NCBI GenBank assembly: GCA_043744495.1
Contig: JAYTUN010000171.1
Location: 1 to 51,898 of the forward strand
Origin: Ignavibacteria bacterium
GTDB lineage: Bacteria > Bacteroidota > Ignavibacteria > Tepidaquicellales > OLB5
Length of the DNA stretch: 51,898 nt
Direction: 5' to 3'
The notes below the pieces were generated by a model. The model searched no databases. It saw only the letters and a program-made list of their open reading frames with translations, and was not told the origin of the DNA. A program made the position numbers and the translations under genes. How positions within the stretch are numbered: position 1 is the first letter of the stretch; each line of letters starts with the position of its first letter. Shown piece after piece: positions 1 through 9,483 of this stretch.

Positions 1-71
1 AGGAGCGAAGCGACGAAGCAATCTTATTAATTAATAAAAGTATGAATACTTCGCTTCATTTAGCATGACAC
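1..71. repeat. REP-like palindromic repeat remnants (cut by window edge)
   Basis: AGGAGCGAAGCGACGAAGCAATCT and CTTCGCTTCATTTAGCATGACA resemble REP-like intergenic repeat families; a related copy is at 2402-2451. Confidence 0.55.
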
Positions 72-149
72 ATACTCCATTTCATTATTTTTCCACTTCA
101 CTATTTAATTATCTCACTATCTCACCTCTCTATTACTATACTTAATCTT

Positions 150-200
150 TATTATATAAATAAGAACAGATATAGTTGTAGTGCTGTTGATAAGTATAAA
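150..200 (-). promoter_or_regulatory. candidate oriC unwinding element (DnaA box plus DnaA-trio-like run) downstream of dnaA
   Basis: Minus strand reads TTATCAACA-GCA-CTA-CAA-CTA followed by an AT-rich tract; further box variants at 286-294 (TTATTAACA) and 339-347 (CTATCCACA on minus). Confidence 0.55.
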
Positions 201-323
201 TTTACTAACTTATCTTTAAATATTGAATGAAATTAAAACAAACACTGCATTTTTTTGTTTATAGCTATATTAATTACCGCAGCAGTTATTAACATCAACG
301 GACAGTATTTATTATTAAAAGAA

Positions 324-350
324 AAGCTATCCCTGTAATGTGGATAGCTT
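324..350 (-). terminator. hairpin downstream of dnaA, overlapping a DnaA-box variant
   Basis: AAGCTATCC-N9-GGATAGCTT inverted repeat followed by a T-run on the minus strand. Confidence 0.5.
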
Positions 351-377
351 ATATAAATTTTAAATGTATTAACATTT

Positions 378-1964
378 CTATGTTAACAACATCTCCTTGA
401 TATGCTCGAGTTTATCTTTGAAGCCGGAATCTTTGTTAATAACTTCTTCTATACATTTGCATGCGTGAATTACTGTTGCATGGTTCCTTCCGCCAAAATG
501 TGAGCCGATTGTCTGTAGTGATGACGAGGTTAATTCCTTGCTTAAATACATTGCCGTATGCCTTGCGTGTACAATTTCCCGCTGTTTTGATTTGAGCCTT
601 AATAATGATTCATCAATATTAAAATATTTTGAAACACTTGCAATTATTGTGCTGATATCAATGTTCTGCTTACGGTTCTTTATCCCGCCAAACTTAAGCA
701 CACTGCGCTTTGCCATGTCGATGTTGATGGGGGAGCGGGTCAGTTCAGCATCAAAGATAAGGCTCTTTAAACAGCCTTCAAGTGAACGGATATTATCTTT
801 AATGTTTAACGCTATGAACTCAAGCACATCGTACGGAACGGCAAAGCCTTCCTTCTCTGATTTCTTGTTTAGTATAGCTATCCTTGTTTCCAGATCGGGC
901 GCAAGTATATCAACCGTCAGCCCCCACTGGAAGCGGGTTATAAGGCGTTCTTCAAGACCTTCGAGCTGGTGCGGCGGCTTATCACATGAAAGCACTATCT
1001 GTTTCTTAAGCTGGTATAAAGAATTAAATATCTGGAAGAATGAATCCTGTGTGCTTTCCTTGCCCTCCAAAAACTGTATATCATCAACAATAAGCATATC
1101 AAGCGACTTATAATACCTTTCAAACTCGTGCGCCTTGTTCATGCGGATGCTCTGCACAAAATTTGTTGTAAACTCTGGACCCGATACATACATAACTTTC
1201 ATTTCTGGGTTTGCGGCTTTTATTTGATTGCCTATTGCCTGCATTAAATGAGTCTTGCCCAAGCCAACACCGCCATATAACATTAAAGGATTGTACTGGG
1301 CTCCCGGTTTATTTGCAATTGATATCGCCGCAGCAGTTGCGAACTCATTATTCTTACCTTTTACAAAATTTTCAAACGTGTATTCAGGATTCAGTAAACA
1401 TCTCTGCATGAAAGCTGGGTCAACCGTTGGATTAACCTGTTGGTTGCCGCCCGGCCTGTAAAAGTTAGGGTCAAACGATCTTTGCTGTGTATTACTATAC
1501 TGTGCGTTATTCTGTGTAAGATTATTTGTAAGCGGGGGAGTCTCCATAAGCTCGGGCTCCTGTGAAAATGTTGTGCGGAGGTCTATTTCATAAATTATCT
1601 TTCCGTCATCGCCCAAAATGGATCTTATGGCGCGCGTTACAATATCGCCAAAGCGGGAAATTATCATTTCATAATAATCCTGGCTTGGAACCGATATTGT
1701 TAATATGCTGCCTTCAAGTTGTTTCGGCTTTATGGGCTTAAACCATGTGTTGAGCTTTAATTCGGATACATTTAGCTTAACAATATCCAGGAAGCGTGTC
1801 CATGTATTGAAAGCATCCTGTTGCTGCTTATCGGTTAATTGTTGTTCAGTTAGATATTGCGCGGCTATTATCTGCTCTGCTTGAGGTAAGACTTCGGTGG
1901 TAGCTTTATCTTCCGATGGATTAAAATATCTTTCGTCGTTAAGTTTTATATCGTGTCCGTTCAA
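378..1964 (-). CDS. dnaA: chromosomal replication initiator DnaA
   Basis: NPLMLYGGVGLGKTHL Walker A, DDIQF, RFQWGL and C-terminal GGRNHATVIHA signature; TTG start uncertain. Confidence 0.98.
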   Translation of the reverse strand: MNGHDIKLNDERYFNPSEDKATTEVLPQAEQIIAAQYLTEQQLTDKQQQDAFNTWTRFLDIVKLNVSELKLNTWFKPIKPKQLEGSILTISVPSQDYYEMIISRFGDIVTRAIRSILGDDGKIIYEIDLRTTFSQEPELMETPPLTNNLTQNNAQYSNTQQRSFDPNFYRPGGNQQVNPTVDPAFMQRCLLNPEYTFENFVKGKNNEFATAAAISIANKPGAQYNPLMLYGGVGLGKTHLMQAIGNQIKAANPEMKVMYVSGPEFTTNFVQSIRMNKAHEFERYYKSLDMLIVDDIQFLEGKESTQDSFFQIFNSLYQLKKQIVLSCDKPPHQLEGLEERLITRFQWGLTVDILAPDLETRIAILNKKSEKEGFAVPYDVLEFIALNIKDNIRSLEGCLKSLIFDAELTRSPINIDMAKRSVLKFGGIKNRKQNIDISTIIASVSKYFNIDESLLRLKSKQREIVHARHTAMYLSKELTSSSLQTIGSHFGGRNHATVIHACKCIEEVINKDSGFKDKLEHIKEMLLT

Positions 1965-2129
1965 TTTCTGTTAAGTTTCTATTTTAAATGAGTAAACCCT
2001 GTTAGTTTAATATTAAGATTAAAATAAACACCTTAATTATATAAATATCTCAATAATCAGGAAAGTAATTAACAATTTTAAAAAAAATTAAAAGCTTGAT
2101 TTTTATAAACTTAACCCTGCTTTTAGGGT

Positions 2130-2236
2130 GTTATTAACATTAAAATGTTAATAACTTTTCTCTGGCATGGTCAGCGGGGGAGAGTGTTTTGAACATTTTT
2201 AACAGGATATGAACACTTATTGACAACTTGTTAACA
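2130..2236. promoter_or_regulatory. cluster of DnaA-box-like 9-mers upstream of dnaA
   Basis: Inverted pair GTTATTAACATT-aa-AATGTTAATAAC (2130-2155); five same-orientation 9-mers ending in ACA at 2187, 2196, 2207, 2217 and 2228. Confidence 0.65.
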
Positions 2237-2401
2237 TAAAAAAGCTCAGTCTCGCTTTGCATAATAACTAAAAAATCAAATTTTGTCAATGTTGTTATTA
2301 TAAATACACGTTATTTTAAAAAAATACACTTGCTACGTTAATAATAAATTAACAATTAACAATCACGCTTGGCAAAAACGCTAGTTGTTTAAGCTATGCA
2401 A

Positions 2402-2451
2402 ATCCTGAGCGCCAAGCCTTACTCCGTCAGGAGGAAGGTAGCGAAGGATCC
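2402..2451. repeat. REP-like repeat with nested hairpin
   Basis: ATCCTGAGCG...AGCGAAGGATCC frame interrupted by CCTTACTCCGTCAGGAGGAAGG hairpin. Confidence 0.5.
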
Positions 2452-2572
2452 ATACTTTAGCTTTCATAATAATATTTTGTGGCAGTTGGGCTCATGCCTT
2501 CTGTTATCAATATTTTTGACTGTAGAGCGATCAAACGATAGAATGAGGCGGCTATTTGGTTTTTGATATTTG

Positions 2573-3247
2573 CTATTTGACGCTTTGTTTCTCTTCGCGT
2601 TCCTGCATTAGCCTGCTTGCATTACCTACATCATGCTTTCCCCAAAGCCTGTATTCCTTCGGGTCATTTAAAAACGATTCTGGGTTCTGTGAATTACTAA
2701 TGTACCTTTGTGTTAACCCAACAAGCTCGTCATCCGGACCCGATATCTTCTTAACGTTGTCACGCTTGATAGCATAACCTTTTTCATGCTTCACAAAATA
2801 AATTAGCACCTTATCGCCAGGCTTAAAACCCTTGAGCGCATCTGTTCTGATGTACTTCTGGTTTTCCATATTCATATTCTCGGTTGGTTCCGATAGCATT
2901 ACCTTGTCAATTTTCACCATACCAAAAACTTCGTTCTTTTTGGGATCCGTTTCGCCTATCCTTCTTTTTTCAATACTCACCACCTCGCCGGTAATTACGG
3001 CTGACCAGCGCTCATCTAATATCGCAGGCGGCACCCAGTAAATATATCCCACCGTCAAAAAGGTATCAATACTGCTTTTTTGCTGCGAGAAATCGTTTTT
3101 ACTTTCATCCTTTTTAACAGGATCCTTTTTTGTGGTATCAGTCTGATTTTGAGTTTTGCTTGTATCCTGCTTCTTCCCGCATGACGAAAAGTGAAGCATC
3201 ATTACTTCGGACAGAAGCAAGAAGGAGATTAGTTTTAATTTATTCAT
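2573..3247 (-). CDS. hypothetical lipoprotein
   Basis: Hydrophobic N-terminus ending FSSC, K/D/T-rich linker, 224-aa ORF. Confidence 0.7.
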   Translation of the reverse strand: MNKLKLISFLLLSEVMMLHFSSCGKKQDTSKTQNQTDTTKKDPVKKDESKNDFSQQKSSIDTFLTVGYIYWVPPAILDERWSAVITGEVVSIEKRRIGETDPKKNEVFGMVKIDKVMLSEPTENMNMENQKYIRTDALKGFKPGDKVLIYFVKHEKGYAIKRDNVKKISGPDDELVGLTQRYISNSQNPESFLNDPKEYRLWGKHDVGNASRLMQEREEKQSVK

Positions 3248-3582
3248 AATTCTTTTATTTATTTACCACGTAGCAGCCACATGTTTATAGCGTGATTAAC
3301 AAAAAGATTAATTGACCCCAATAGGGGCACACATTTTTTTACAAAACGTTCTGAAATTTTATTGTTTGTTATTTACTATTTGATATAAAATTATTCTTAA
3401 TTACCACTACCATTAGGCTGTAGAACTTTAGTTCGTGGGTTGGTTACGAAAAAATAAAAGGGACGTTAGTCCCAAACTTAAACCTAAAAATATCTTTAAC
3501 GCTTATTGTAATATAATATTTTATTCAGCCACATTAACCGAAATTATTTATGCTTCCCGAAAGCGCATCAACCTTTAATACA

Positions 3583-3617
3583 ATTTTGACATTTTGATTT
3601 TGACATTTGACATTTTG
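3583..3617. repeat. degenerate 6-8-bp tandem repeat (ATTTTGAC)n
   Basis: attttgac attttgat tttgac atttgac attttg seen directly. Confidence 0.6.
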
Positions 3618-3679
3618 TTTTCCTTTATTCATTTTTTCACTCCCCATTAATAACTATCTTTGCTTTTCCTAGTCACCAA

Positions 3680-3729
3680 CTCCTTTTAGGAGAACTGCTT
3701 CGGCGGTCAGGTGGGCTGGGGGTGAGGTC
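3680..3729. repeat. GC-rich REP-like repeat directly upstream of mnmE
   Basis: CTCCTTTTAGGAG hairpin, internal CTGCTTCGGCGG hairpin and GGGGGTGAGGTC end. Confidence 0.5.
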
Positions 3730-3734
3730 ATTAT

Positions 3735-5099
3735 ATGTCATTTGATAACAGAACAATATTTGCGCCCGCTACAATGGTGGGGGAGTCCGGCATAACAGTT
3801 GTTAGGCTGAGCGGGAAAGACACTTTTCTCCTTATATCTAATTGTTTTTCTTTAAGTTATGTTAAGTTTTCGCCTGTAATTATTGAAAACCTCAAATCAC
3901 ACTATGCTCATCATGGCTATTTATTTAATGGCAGCGATTTCATTGATGAAGTTGTAGTAACATTCTTTAAATCGCCAAATTCATATACAGGTGAAGATGT
4001 CGCTGAAATTTCCAGCCATGGCGGAAGCTATATTTATCGGAAGATAAACGATCTGCTTGGCAAGCTGGGAGCGTATCATGCAGAGCCGGGAGAGTTTTCT
4101 AAACGAGCCTATCTTAATGGAAAAATGGATCTTGCACAGGCAGAAGCTGTTGCCGATCTGATAAAAGCAAAAACCGAACAGGCAAATAAACTCGCGCTTT
4201 CTCAGCTGACCGGAAGGTTCTCTGAAAAAATTAAAGAGCTCCGTGAAGACCTGATAAATTACTGTTCACTGCTTGAGCTTGAGCTTGATTTTTCCGAAGA
4301 AGGAATAGACTTGATTGAAAAAGATGTTCTGCTTGAAAAAATTAACAAACTTATTGCTAAATTTCAGTCACTTACCCAAAGCTACGAGAGTGGTAAAATT
4401 ATACGAAATGGTGTCAATTTGGCAATAGTTGGCAAGCCGAATGTTGGTAAATCAAGTATTTTCAACTATTTTTTAGATGAAAATCGTGCCATAGTAAGCG
4501 ATATCCCTGGCACAACACGTGATTACCTACAGGAACCACTCGTTATGGGGGGCATCCAGTTTAATTTGGTTGATACAGCCGGCATACGAGACACCACCAA
4601 CGTAATTGAAAAAGAGGGCGTAAGACGCTCATTGGTTAAGATCGATGAAGCGGATATTGTCCTTGAAGTAGAAGATATCGCAAGTTATTCTGGGGATAAT
4701 GAATCTGTTTCTGAAGCAGGTTTAAATGATAAGACCATTAAAGTATATAATAAAGTTGATTTAGGCTCAAAATCTTCAATTAACGGATTATGTGTTTCTG
4801 CGAAAACGGGCAAAAAAATGGATACTCTAGAGCAAGAAATCATTGCAAAAGCCAGATATTTGATCAACAAAAACAACAGCAGCGATGTTGTAATTACGAA
4901 TGAACGGCATAGAGATTGTTTGTTGAAATCTTGTGAATATCTCGTGAATGCCCAGTATCAAATAAAGCAGGGGGGCGGTAACGAACTGATTTCATTTGAA
5001 ATTAAAGCAGCCATGCTATCCATTTCAGAGATAATCGGCAGAACAGCAAATGTTGATATCTTAAATAACATCTTCACAAAATTCTGTATAGGTAAGTAG
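3735..5099 (+). CDS. mnmE: tRNA modification GTPase MnmE (TrmE)
   Basis: SYTGEDVAEI, EPGEFSKRAYLNGKMDL, GKPNVGKSS, GTTRD, DTAG and C-terminal FCIGK. Confidence 0.98.
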   Translation: MSFDNRTIFAPATMVGESGITVVRLSGKDTFLLISNCFSLSYVKFSPVIIENLKSHYAHHGYLFNGSDFIDEVVVTFFKSPNSYTGEDVAEISSHGGSYIYRKINDLLGKLGAYHAEPGEFSKRAYLNGKMDLAQAEAVADLIKAKTEQANKLALSQLTGRFSEKIKELREDLINYCSLLELELDFSEEGIDLIEKDVLLEKINKLIAKFQSLTQSYESGKIIRNGVNLAIVGKPNVGKSSIFNYFLDENRAIVSDIPGTTRDYLQEPLVMGGIQFNLVDTAGIRDTTNVIEKEGVRRSLVKIDEADIVLEVEDIASYSGDNESVSEAGLNDKTIKVYNKVDLGSKSSINGLCVSAKTGKKMDTLEQEIIAKARYLINKNNSSDVVITNERHRDCLLKSCEYLVNAQYQIKQGGGNELISFEIKAAMLSISEIIGRTANVDILNNIFTKFCIGK

Positions 5100-5166
5100 T
5101 GGTTTCTGTAGAGAGACGTCCCAACTTACAGCCCTGCTTTGGGGGAGGGGTCGTATAAGCGTGAAT

Positions 5167-5195
5167 TGTTTCACGTAAAACTTGACGGTGAAACA
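5167..5195. promoter_or_regulatory. split parS-like pseudo-palindrome, copy 1
   Basis: TGTTTCAC-GTAAAACTTGACG-GTGAAACA: both 8-bp halves of consensus parS separated by 13 bp. Confidence 0.75.
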
Positions 5196-5206
5196 AAATT
5201 AATGGA

Positions 5207-5237
5207 TTGCACAATATATCGCGTTTGCCTATATTTT
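5207..5237 (+). promoter_or_regulatory. putative promoter between the two 28-bp repeats
   Basis: TTGCAC-N17-TATATT; also fits the FCB-type TTG-N20-TAnnTTT(G) pattern. Confidence 0.55.
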
Positions 5238-5248
5238 AAACAAACAAC

Positions 5249-5276
5249 GTTTCACGTAAAACTTGACGGTGAAACA
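5249..5276. promoter_or_regulatory. split parS-like pseudo-palindrome, copy 2
   Basis: Identical 28-mer GTTTCACGTAAAACTTGACGGTGAAACA, 81 bp after copy 1 and 16 bp before the ATG. Confidence 0.75.
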
Positions 5277-5292
5277 TTAAATTAGATAATTT

Positions 5293-5631
5293 ATGTTAAA
5301 TTCATTTGAGGAAGGTTTTCTGATTGGAATTTTAATCGGAGAAGGGCATTTTGGGGGAGATGGGAAGCAACCTCAAATTACATTAAGGATGCATGTTCGT
5401 CATGAAAAACTATTTAGGTGGATGAAAGAGAAATTCCCTGAATCAAAATTGTATGGGCCATATCGTCATGGCGGTAGAAATTATTATCAGTGGATGGCAA
5501 GAGGTATAGTATTAAGAAACGAGATTCTTCCTCTAATTCAAAAGAACTTTGATTTTTTGGATGAACATATTCAAGAGCGTATTAATAATATGCGCGCTAA
5601 ATATAATCTCAACCAAGAAAATGATTTTTGA
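5293..5631 (+). CDS. stand-alone single-motif LAGLIDADG-family protein
   Basis: N-terminal helix GFLIGILIGEGHF with the acidic residue at the catalytic position, followed by the expected strand/helix pattern (QITLRM, LFRWMKEKF, YYQWMARG, ILPLI); 112 aa. Confidence 0.75.
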   Translation: MLNSFEEGFLIGILIGEGHFGGDGKQPQITLRMHVRHEKLFRWMKEKFPESKLYGPYRHGGRNYYQWMARGIVLRNEILPLIQKNFDFLDEHIQERINNMRAKYNLNQENDF

Positions 5632-5695
5632 TTCAATACTCTTATAAATGATATCTTACAAGGAAAAAAGAATAAGACAAAGGTATAATTAATAT

Positions 5696-7585
5696 TTGAA
5701 TCAAAACTCTAAATATTTCGATATAATCGTAATTGGTGCGGGACACGCCGGTATTGAAGCCGCATGGACTTCTTCTCGTATGGGATGCTCTGTAGGCATG
5801 GTCACAATGGATCTAGACGCTATTGGCAGAATGTCCTGCAATCCAGCAATTGGCGGTACTGCAAAAGGTCATTTAGTAAAAGAAATTGATGCTTTAGGCG
5901 GGGTTATGGGTAGAATTGCCGATGATTCAGGTATCCAGTTCAGGATGCTTAATACTTCCAAGGGACCCGCTATTTGGTCTCCACGCAGCCAAAATGACAG
6001 AGACCTTTATTCAAAAGTTGCAAAAGAATATATTGAAAGCTGTCCCAACATTACATTAATTCAGGATACAGTTGATGAGCTAATCAGAGATGATAATGGA
6101 AATATTTCCGGAATAACTACCACATTTGGGACTAAAATCAATTGTAAAGCTGTAATTATCACTAGCGGTACATTTTTGAACGCAATTATGCATGTTGGTC
6201 ATCAACAGAATGAAGGCGGCAGATTCGGAGAAAAATCCTCCAAGGGGCTCTCTAATTATCTGTTAAACCAAGGATTTAAAACAGCACGACTGAAAACGGG
6301 TACTCCACCAAGGCTCGCGCTTGATACAATAGATTTTTCTGTAACAAGTGAACAATCGGGAGATAAATATTCAATTCCGTTTTCTGTCTTTTCAAACGGA
6401 AGCTTTCCAAAGCTTCAGCAGGTATCATGCTATCTGACATACACAAACGAAGAGACACATAATATTCTTCGTACCGGATTTGATGATTCGCCAATGTTCT
6501 CAGGCCGCATAACGGGAGCCGGTCCGCGTTACTGTCCATCCATAGAAGATAAAATTTTCCGCTTCGCAGATAAGCTACGGCACCAGATATTTCTGGAACC
6601 CGAAGGAATAAATTCCAACGTAGTTTATATGAATGGCTTCTCATCAAGCCTGCCGGAAGATATTCAGTACAAAGCTGTGAAAACTATTCCCGGCTTAGAG
6701 AATGTTAAAATGATACGCGCAGGTTATGCAGTGGAATATGACTTCCTGCCAACATATCAAACCAACTTAACACTTGAAACAAAGCTTGTACCCGGACTTT
6801 ATGTTGCGGGACAGATAAACGGAACATCAGGATATGAAGAAGCCGCGGCACAGGGACTCATTGCCGGCATTAATGCGGCACTTAAAATAAAAGGGGAGGA
6901 GCCCTTTATACTCAAGCGCAGCGAAGCATACATTGGCGTGCTGATAGATGACCTGATAAACAAGATCCCCGATGAGCCTTACCGTATCTTCACATCATGC
7001 GCTGAATACAGGCTTATACTTAGGCAGGATAACGCTGACCGCAGACTTATGAAGTATGGCAATAAATTCAGTCTGATACCTGATGATATGTACATCAGGG
7101 TAACAGAAAAAGAAGAGCTTATCAAAGAGGGGATTGCATACTTTAAATCTATATACGCTCCGCCAAAAGATGTTAATGAATACATTGCCTCAACAGGTTC
7201 GCCAATCATTCCGCAATCTGACCTGCTTTCTCAAATCATTAAACGTAACGAAACTAATCTGAGTGACTTTCTTGCCATACCATACTTTGCAGAAAATGAC
7301 CTTGTTCATAAAATAAGTCAGCGCACAGAAATAGTTAACCAGATTGAAATCGAACTGCGTTACGAAGGATATATCGTCCGGCAGGCGGAGCAGATTGAAA
7401 GCTTCAATAAAATGGAATCAGCTGAAATTCCCGAAAAGTTTGATTTTAACAAGATAAAATCCCTATCAACCGAAGGCATGGAAAAGCTCAACAAGGTACG
7501 CCCCCGCTCGATAGGACAGGCTTCCCGCATATCCGGCGTTTCACCATCGGATGCATCAATACTTTCACTTTATATAAAAGGATAA
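5696..7585 (+). CDS. mnmG: tRNA uridine-5-carboxymethylaminomethyl modification enzyme MnmG (GidA)
   Basis: [52 protein letters not shown]. Confidence 0.99.
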   Translation: MNQNSKYFDIIVIGAGHAGIEAAWTSSRMGCSVGMVTMDLDAIGRMSCNPAIGGTAKGHLVKEIDALGGVMGRIADDSGIQFRMLNTSKGPAIWSPRSQNDRDLYSKVAKEYIESCPNITLIQDTVDELIRDDNGNISGITTTFGTKINCKAVIITSGTFLNAIMHVGHQQNEGGRFGEKSSKGLSNYLLNQGFKTARLKTGTPPRLALDTIDFSVTSEQSGDKYSIPFSVFSNGSFPKLQQVSCYLTYTNEETHNILRTGFDDSPMFSGRITGAGPRYCPSIEDKIFRFADKLRHQIFLEPEGINSNVVYMNGFSSSLPEDIQYKAVKTIPGLENVKMIRAGYAVEYDFLPTYQTNLTLETKLVPGLYVAGQINGTSGYEEAAAQGLIAGINAALKIKGEEPFILKRSEAYIGVLIDDLINKIPDEPYRIFTSCAEYRLILRQDNADRRLMKYGNKFSLIPDDMYIRVTEKEELIKEGIAYFKSIYAPPKDVNEYIASTGSPIIPQSDLLSQIIKRNETNLSDFLAIPYFAENDLVHKISQRTEIVNQIEIELRYEGYIVRQAEQIESFNKMESAEIPEKFDFNKIKSLSTEGMEKLNKVRPRSIGQASRISGVSPSDASILSLYIKG

Positions 7586-7605
7586 ATAAATTATTTATGA
7601 AAAAG

Positions 7606-7692
7606 CTCCCATCCCTTTTTAAGGAGTGGTGGCTCGGACGAAGTCCGAGACGGTCTACGACTCTTCGAGTCGAAGACTCGTTGAGGGTGGTC
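7606..7692. repeat. composite REP-like repeat between mnmG and rsmG
   Basis: CTCCC..GAGTGGTGGC[TCGGACGAAGTCCGA]GACGG[nested CGACTCTTCGAGTCG hairpin]GGGTGGTC; same frame as 21792-21835. Confidence 0.65.
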
Positions 7693-7707
7693 TGAAAAAA
7701 CATTAAT

Positions 7708-8322
7708 ATGACAACACAAAACTCAGACAACTGGCAAACACTCGTAAAAGAACTGCAGTATAACGACCTGCTGATGGAATGGAATTCCAAAATTAATCTT
7801 GTATCCCGAAAAAAACCTAATGTGCTTGATCTCATCGAAGATTCAAAGCTCTTTTTTGAGGCAATTGATTTCAGTCCCGGAATGAATATCCTCGATCTTG
7901 GCACAGGCGGCGGATTCCCGGGCATTGTCATTGCAATTCACCACCCCGAGGCAAACCTCGTGCTGGTTGACTCAATACAAAAGAAAATTAATGTTGTAAG
8001 TGATGTTGTTAAGCGAATGGAGCTGAAAAATGTAACATACATCTGCTCCCGCGCCGAAGACCTCGCAAAAAAATCCGCAGCGCCTGTTCCCCGAAATGAA
8101 ATGTATAAAAAATTTGATTACGTTGTTTCCCGCTCAGTTTCAGTATTGCAGGATCTCTGCCTGTGGTCTAAAGACCTGCTGAAACCTCATGGCAAGCTTG
8201 TGACCCTAAAAGGCGGAGATATAGCAGGGGAAATTCACAAAACACGTAAGCTATCCTTTGTAAAAAACATCAGCAAAAAATTATTTGATGAAAGAATTCT
8301 TATAACGGTTGAGTTTGTGTAA
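7708..8322 (+). CDS. rsmG: 16S rRNA m7G527 methyltransferase RsmG (GidB)
   Basis: WNSKINL, LDLGTGGGFPG, LVDSIQKK, SRAE, LKG; follows mnmG. Confidence 0.95.
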   Translation: MTTQNSDNWQTLVKELQYNDLLMEWNSKINLVSRKKPNVLDLIEDSKLFFEAIDFSPGMNILDLGTGGGFPGIVIAIHHPEANLVLVDSIQKKINVVSDVVKRMELKNVTYICSRAEDLAKKSAAPVPRNEMYKKFDYVVSRSVSVLQDLCLWSKDLLKPHGKLVTLKGGDIAGEIHKTRKLSFVKNISKKLFDERILITVEFV

Positions 8323-8496
8323 GGGAAAATATTTTTCTTTATACCTCATGAAACTTCTAAAACCCATATCATGCAGTCATTTTCTGTAGTTTCAGCAATA
8401 GCTCGGTTTGGAGCGAAATATTTATAGAAATTTACTGGTGAAGAATTAAGAGCACCCCGCAGGCTTTAGACCGCCCCATTATCATCAGCATATTCA

Positions 8497-9297
8497 TTAA
8501 GGGTTTGTATTAATATCTTCGGGATCTTTAATATTGTCTGTCATAATGGTTTCAGCGCCCGGATTAACGTCATCCGGTTTTACATCATTCTGCTTTAATT
8601 CAACCGGTACTTCCGAAATGTTTGTGATCGCTTCAATATTGTTAATAGTCTCATTGTTAACGTTCGTTTCAGTATTAACTTTTGTTTCAATCTCAGCGTT
8701 CGTTTCACCCGCGGCTAATTCTTCCTTAGCCTTTTGTTCTGCGCGCTTTTTATCAGCATCAGCAAGAACTAAAAATTCCCTTGCATACTGAACCGTCCCG
8801 ATTATTCCCCTGAGCGAATTTTTGTTAATTTCCTTCACCAAAAAATTTTCTGCCGGTACGCCAAATGATACTCTTAGCTTATTGCCTGCGGCAGGCTTAA
8901 ATCCAAATTTTTCGTAATAGACCGGGTCACCCAGCACAACAACCGCTCCAAAGCCAACCTCTTTGGCGCGCTCAAGCCCTTCTTCTATTAAGATCTTGCC
9001 GATGCCTTTTCTCTGGTGTTCGGGGTGTACAGCTATCGGACCCAGCGCCAGGCACTTAAAACGCCTGCCCCTGTGAACAATAAACGCCTTTGAAAACAAT
9101 ACATGTCCAATTATTTTTTCTTCCTTTATTGCGACCAGCGAAAAACCAAACTCGTAATTTTTTGTTTTTCTTACGTCATTTACAAGCTTGCCTTCATCTT
9201 CTCTGCCGAAAGCAAGGCGGTTTATTTCAAATATATCGTTGTAATCGGATTTTTTTTCACCCCTTACATACAGCTCTTTAACTAACGGCTCCCTCAT
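8497..9297 (-). CDS. GNAT acetyltransferase (YhbS-like) with low-complexity acidic C-terminal tail
   Basis: LGPIAVHPEHQRKGIG and VLGDPVYYEKFGF motifs. Confidence 0.85.
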   Translation of the reverse strand: MREPLVKELYVRGEKKSDYNDIFEINRLAFGREDEGKLVNDVRKTKNYEFGFSLVAIKEEKIIGHVLFSKAFIVHRGRRFKCLALGPIAVHPEHQRKGIGKILIEEGLERAKEVGFGAVVVLGDPVYYEKFGFKPAAGNKLRVSFGVPAENFLVKEINKNSLRGIIGTVQYAREFLVLADADKKRAEQKAKEELAAGETNAEIETKVNTETNVNNETINNIEAITNISEVPVELKQNDVKPDDVNPGAETIMTDNIKDPEDINTNP

Positions 9298-9483
9298 TAA
9301 AATCCCTCATTAATAATAGATTATATGTTTCTCAATATGCAGCATTATTAGCAAAAATAACAATTAATATGCACAATTAAAAATTAAAATTTTTTTGTTT
9401 TGCAAAAAAATTAAACAGGATAAACTGTACCCATTAATCGCAATTTACTTTAACCCGAATTTAAAAACGATTTTAAGAAAAAC

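Noticed and set aside
5168-5276. Mini CRISPR array (repeat starts GTTTCA and ends GAAAC)
   Set aside because: Only two repeats, a 53-bp spacer that looks like a promoter, no cas genes, and the arms match parS exactly
5293-5631. Group I intron or intein-encoded endonuclease
   Set aside because: mnmE and mnmG are complete and the ORF is intergenic with its own start and stop
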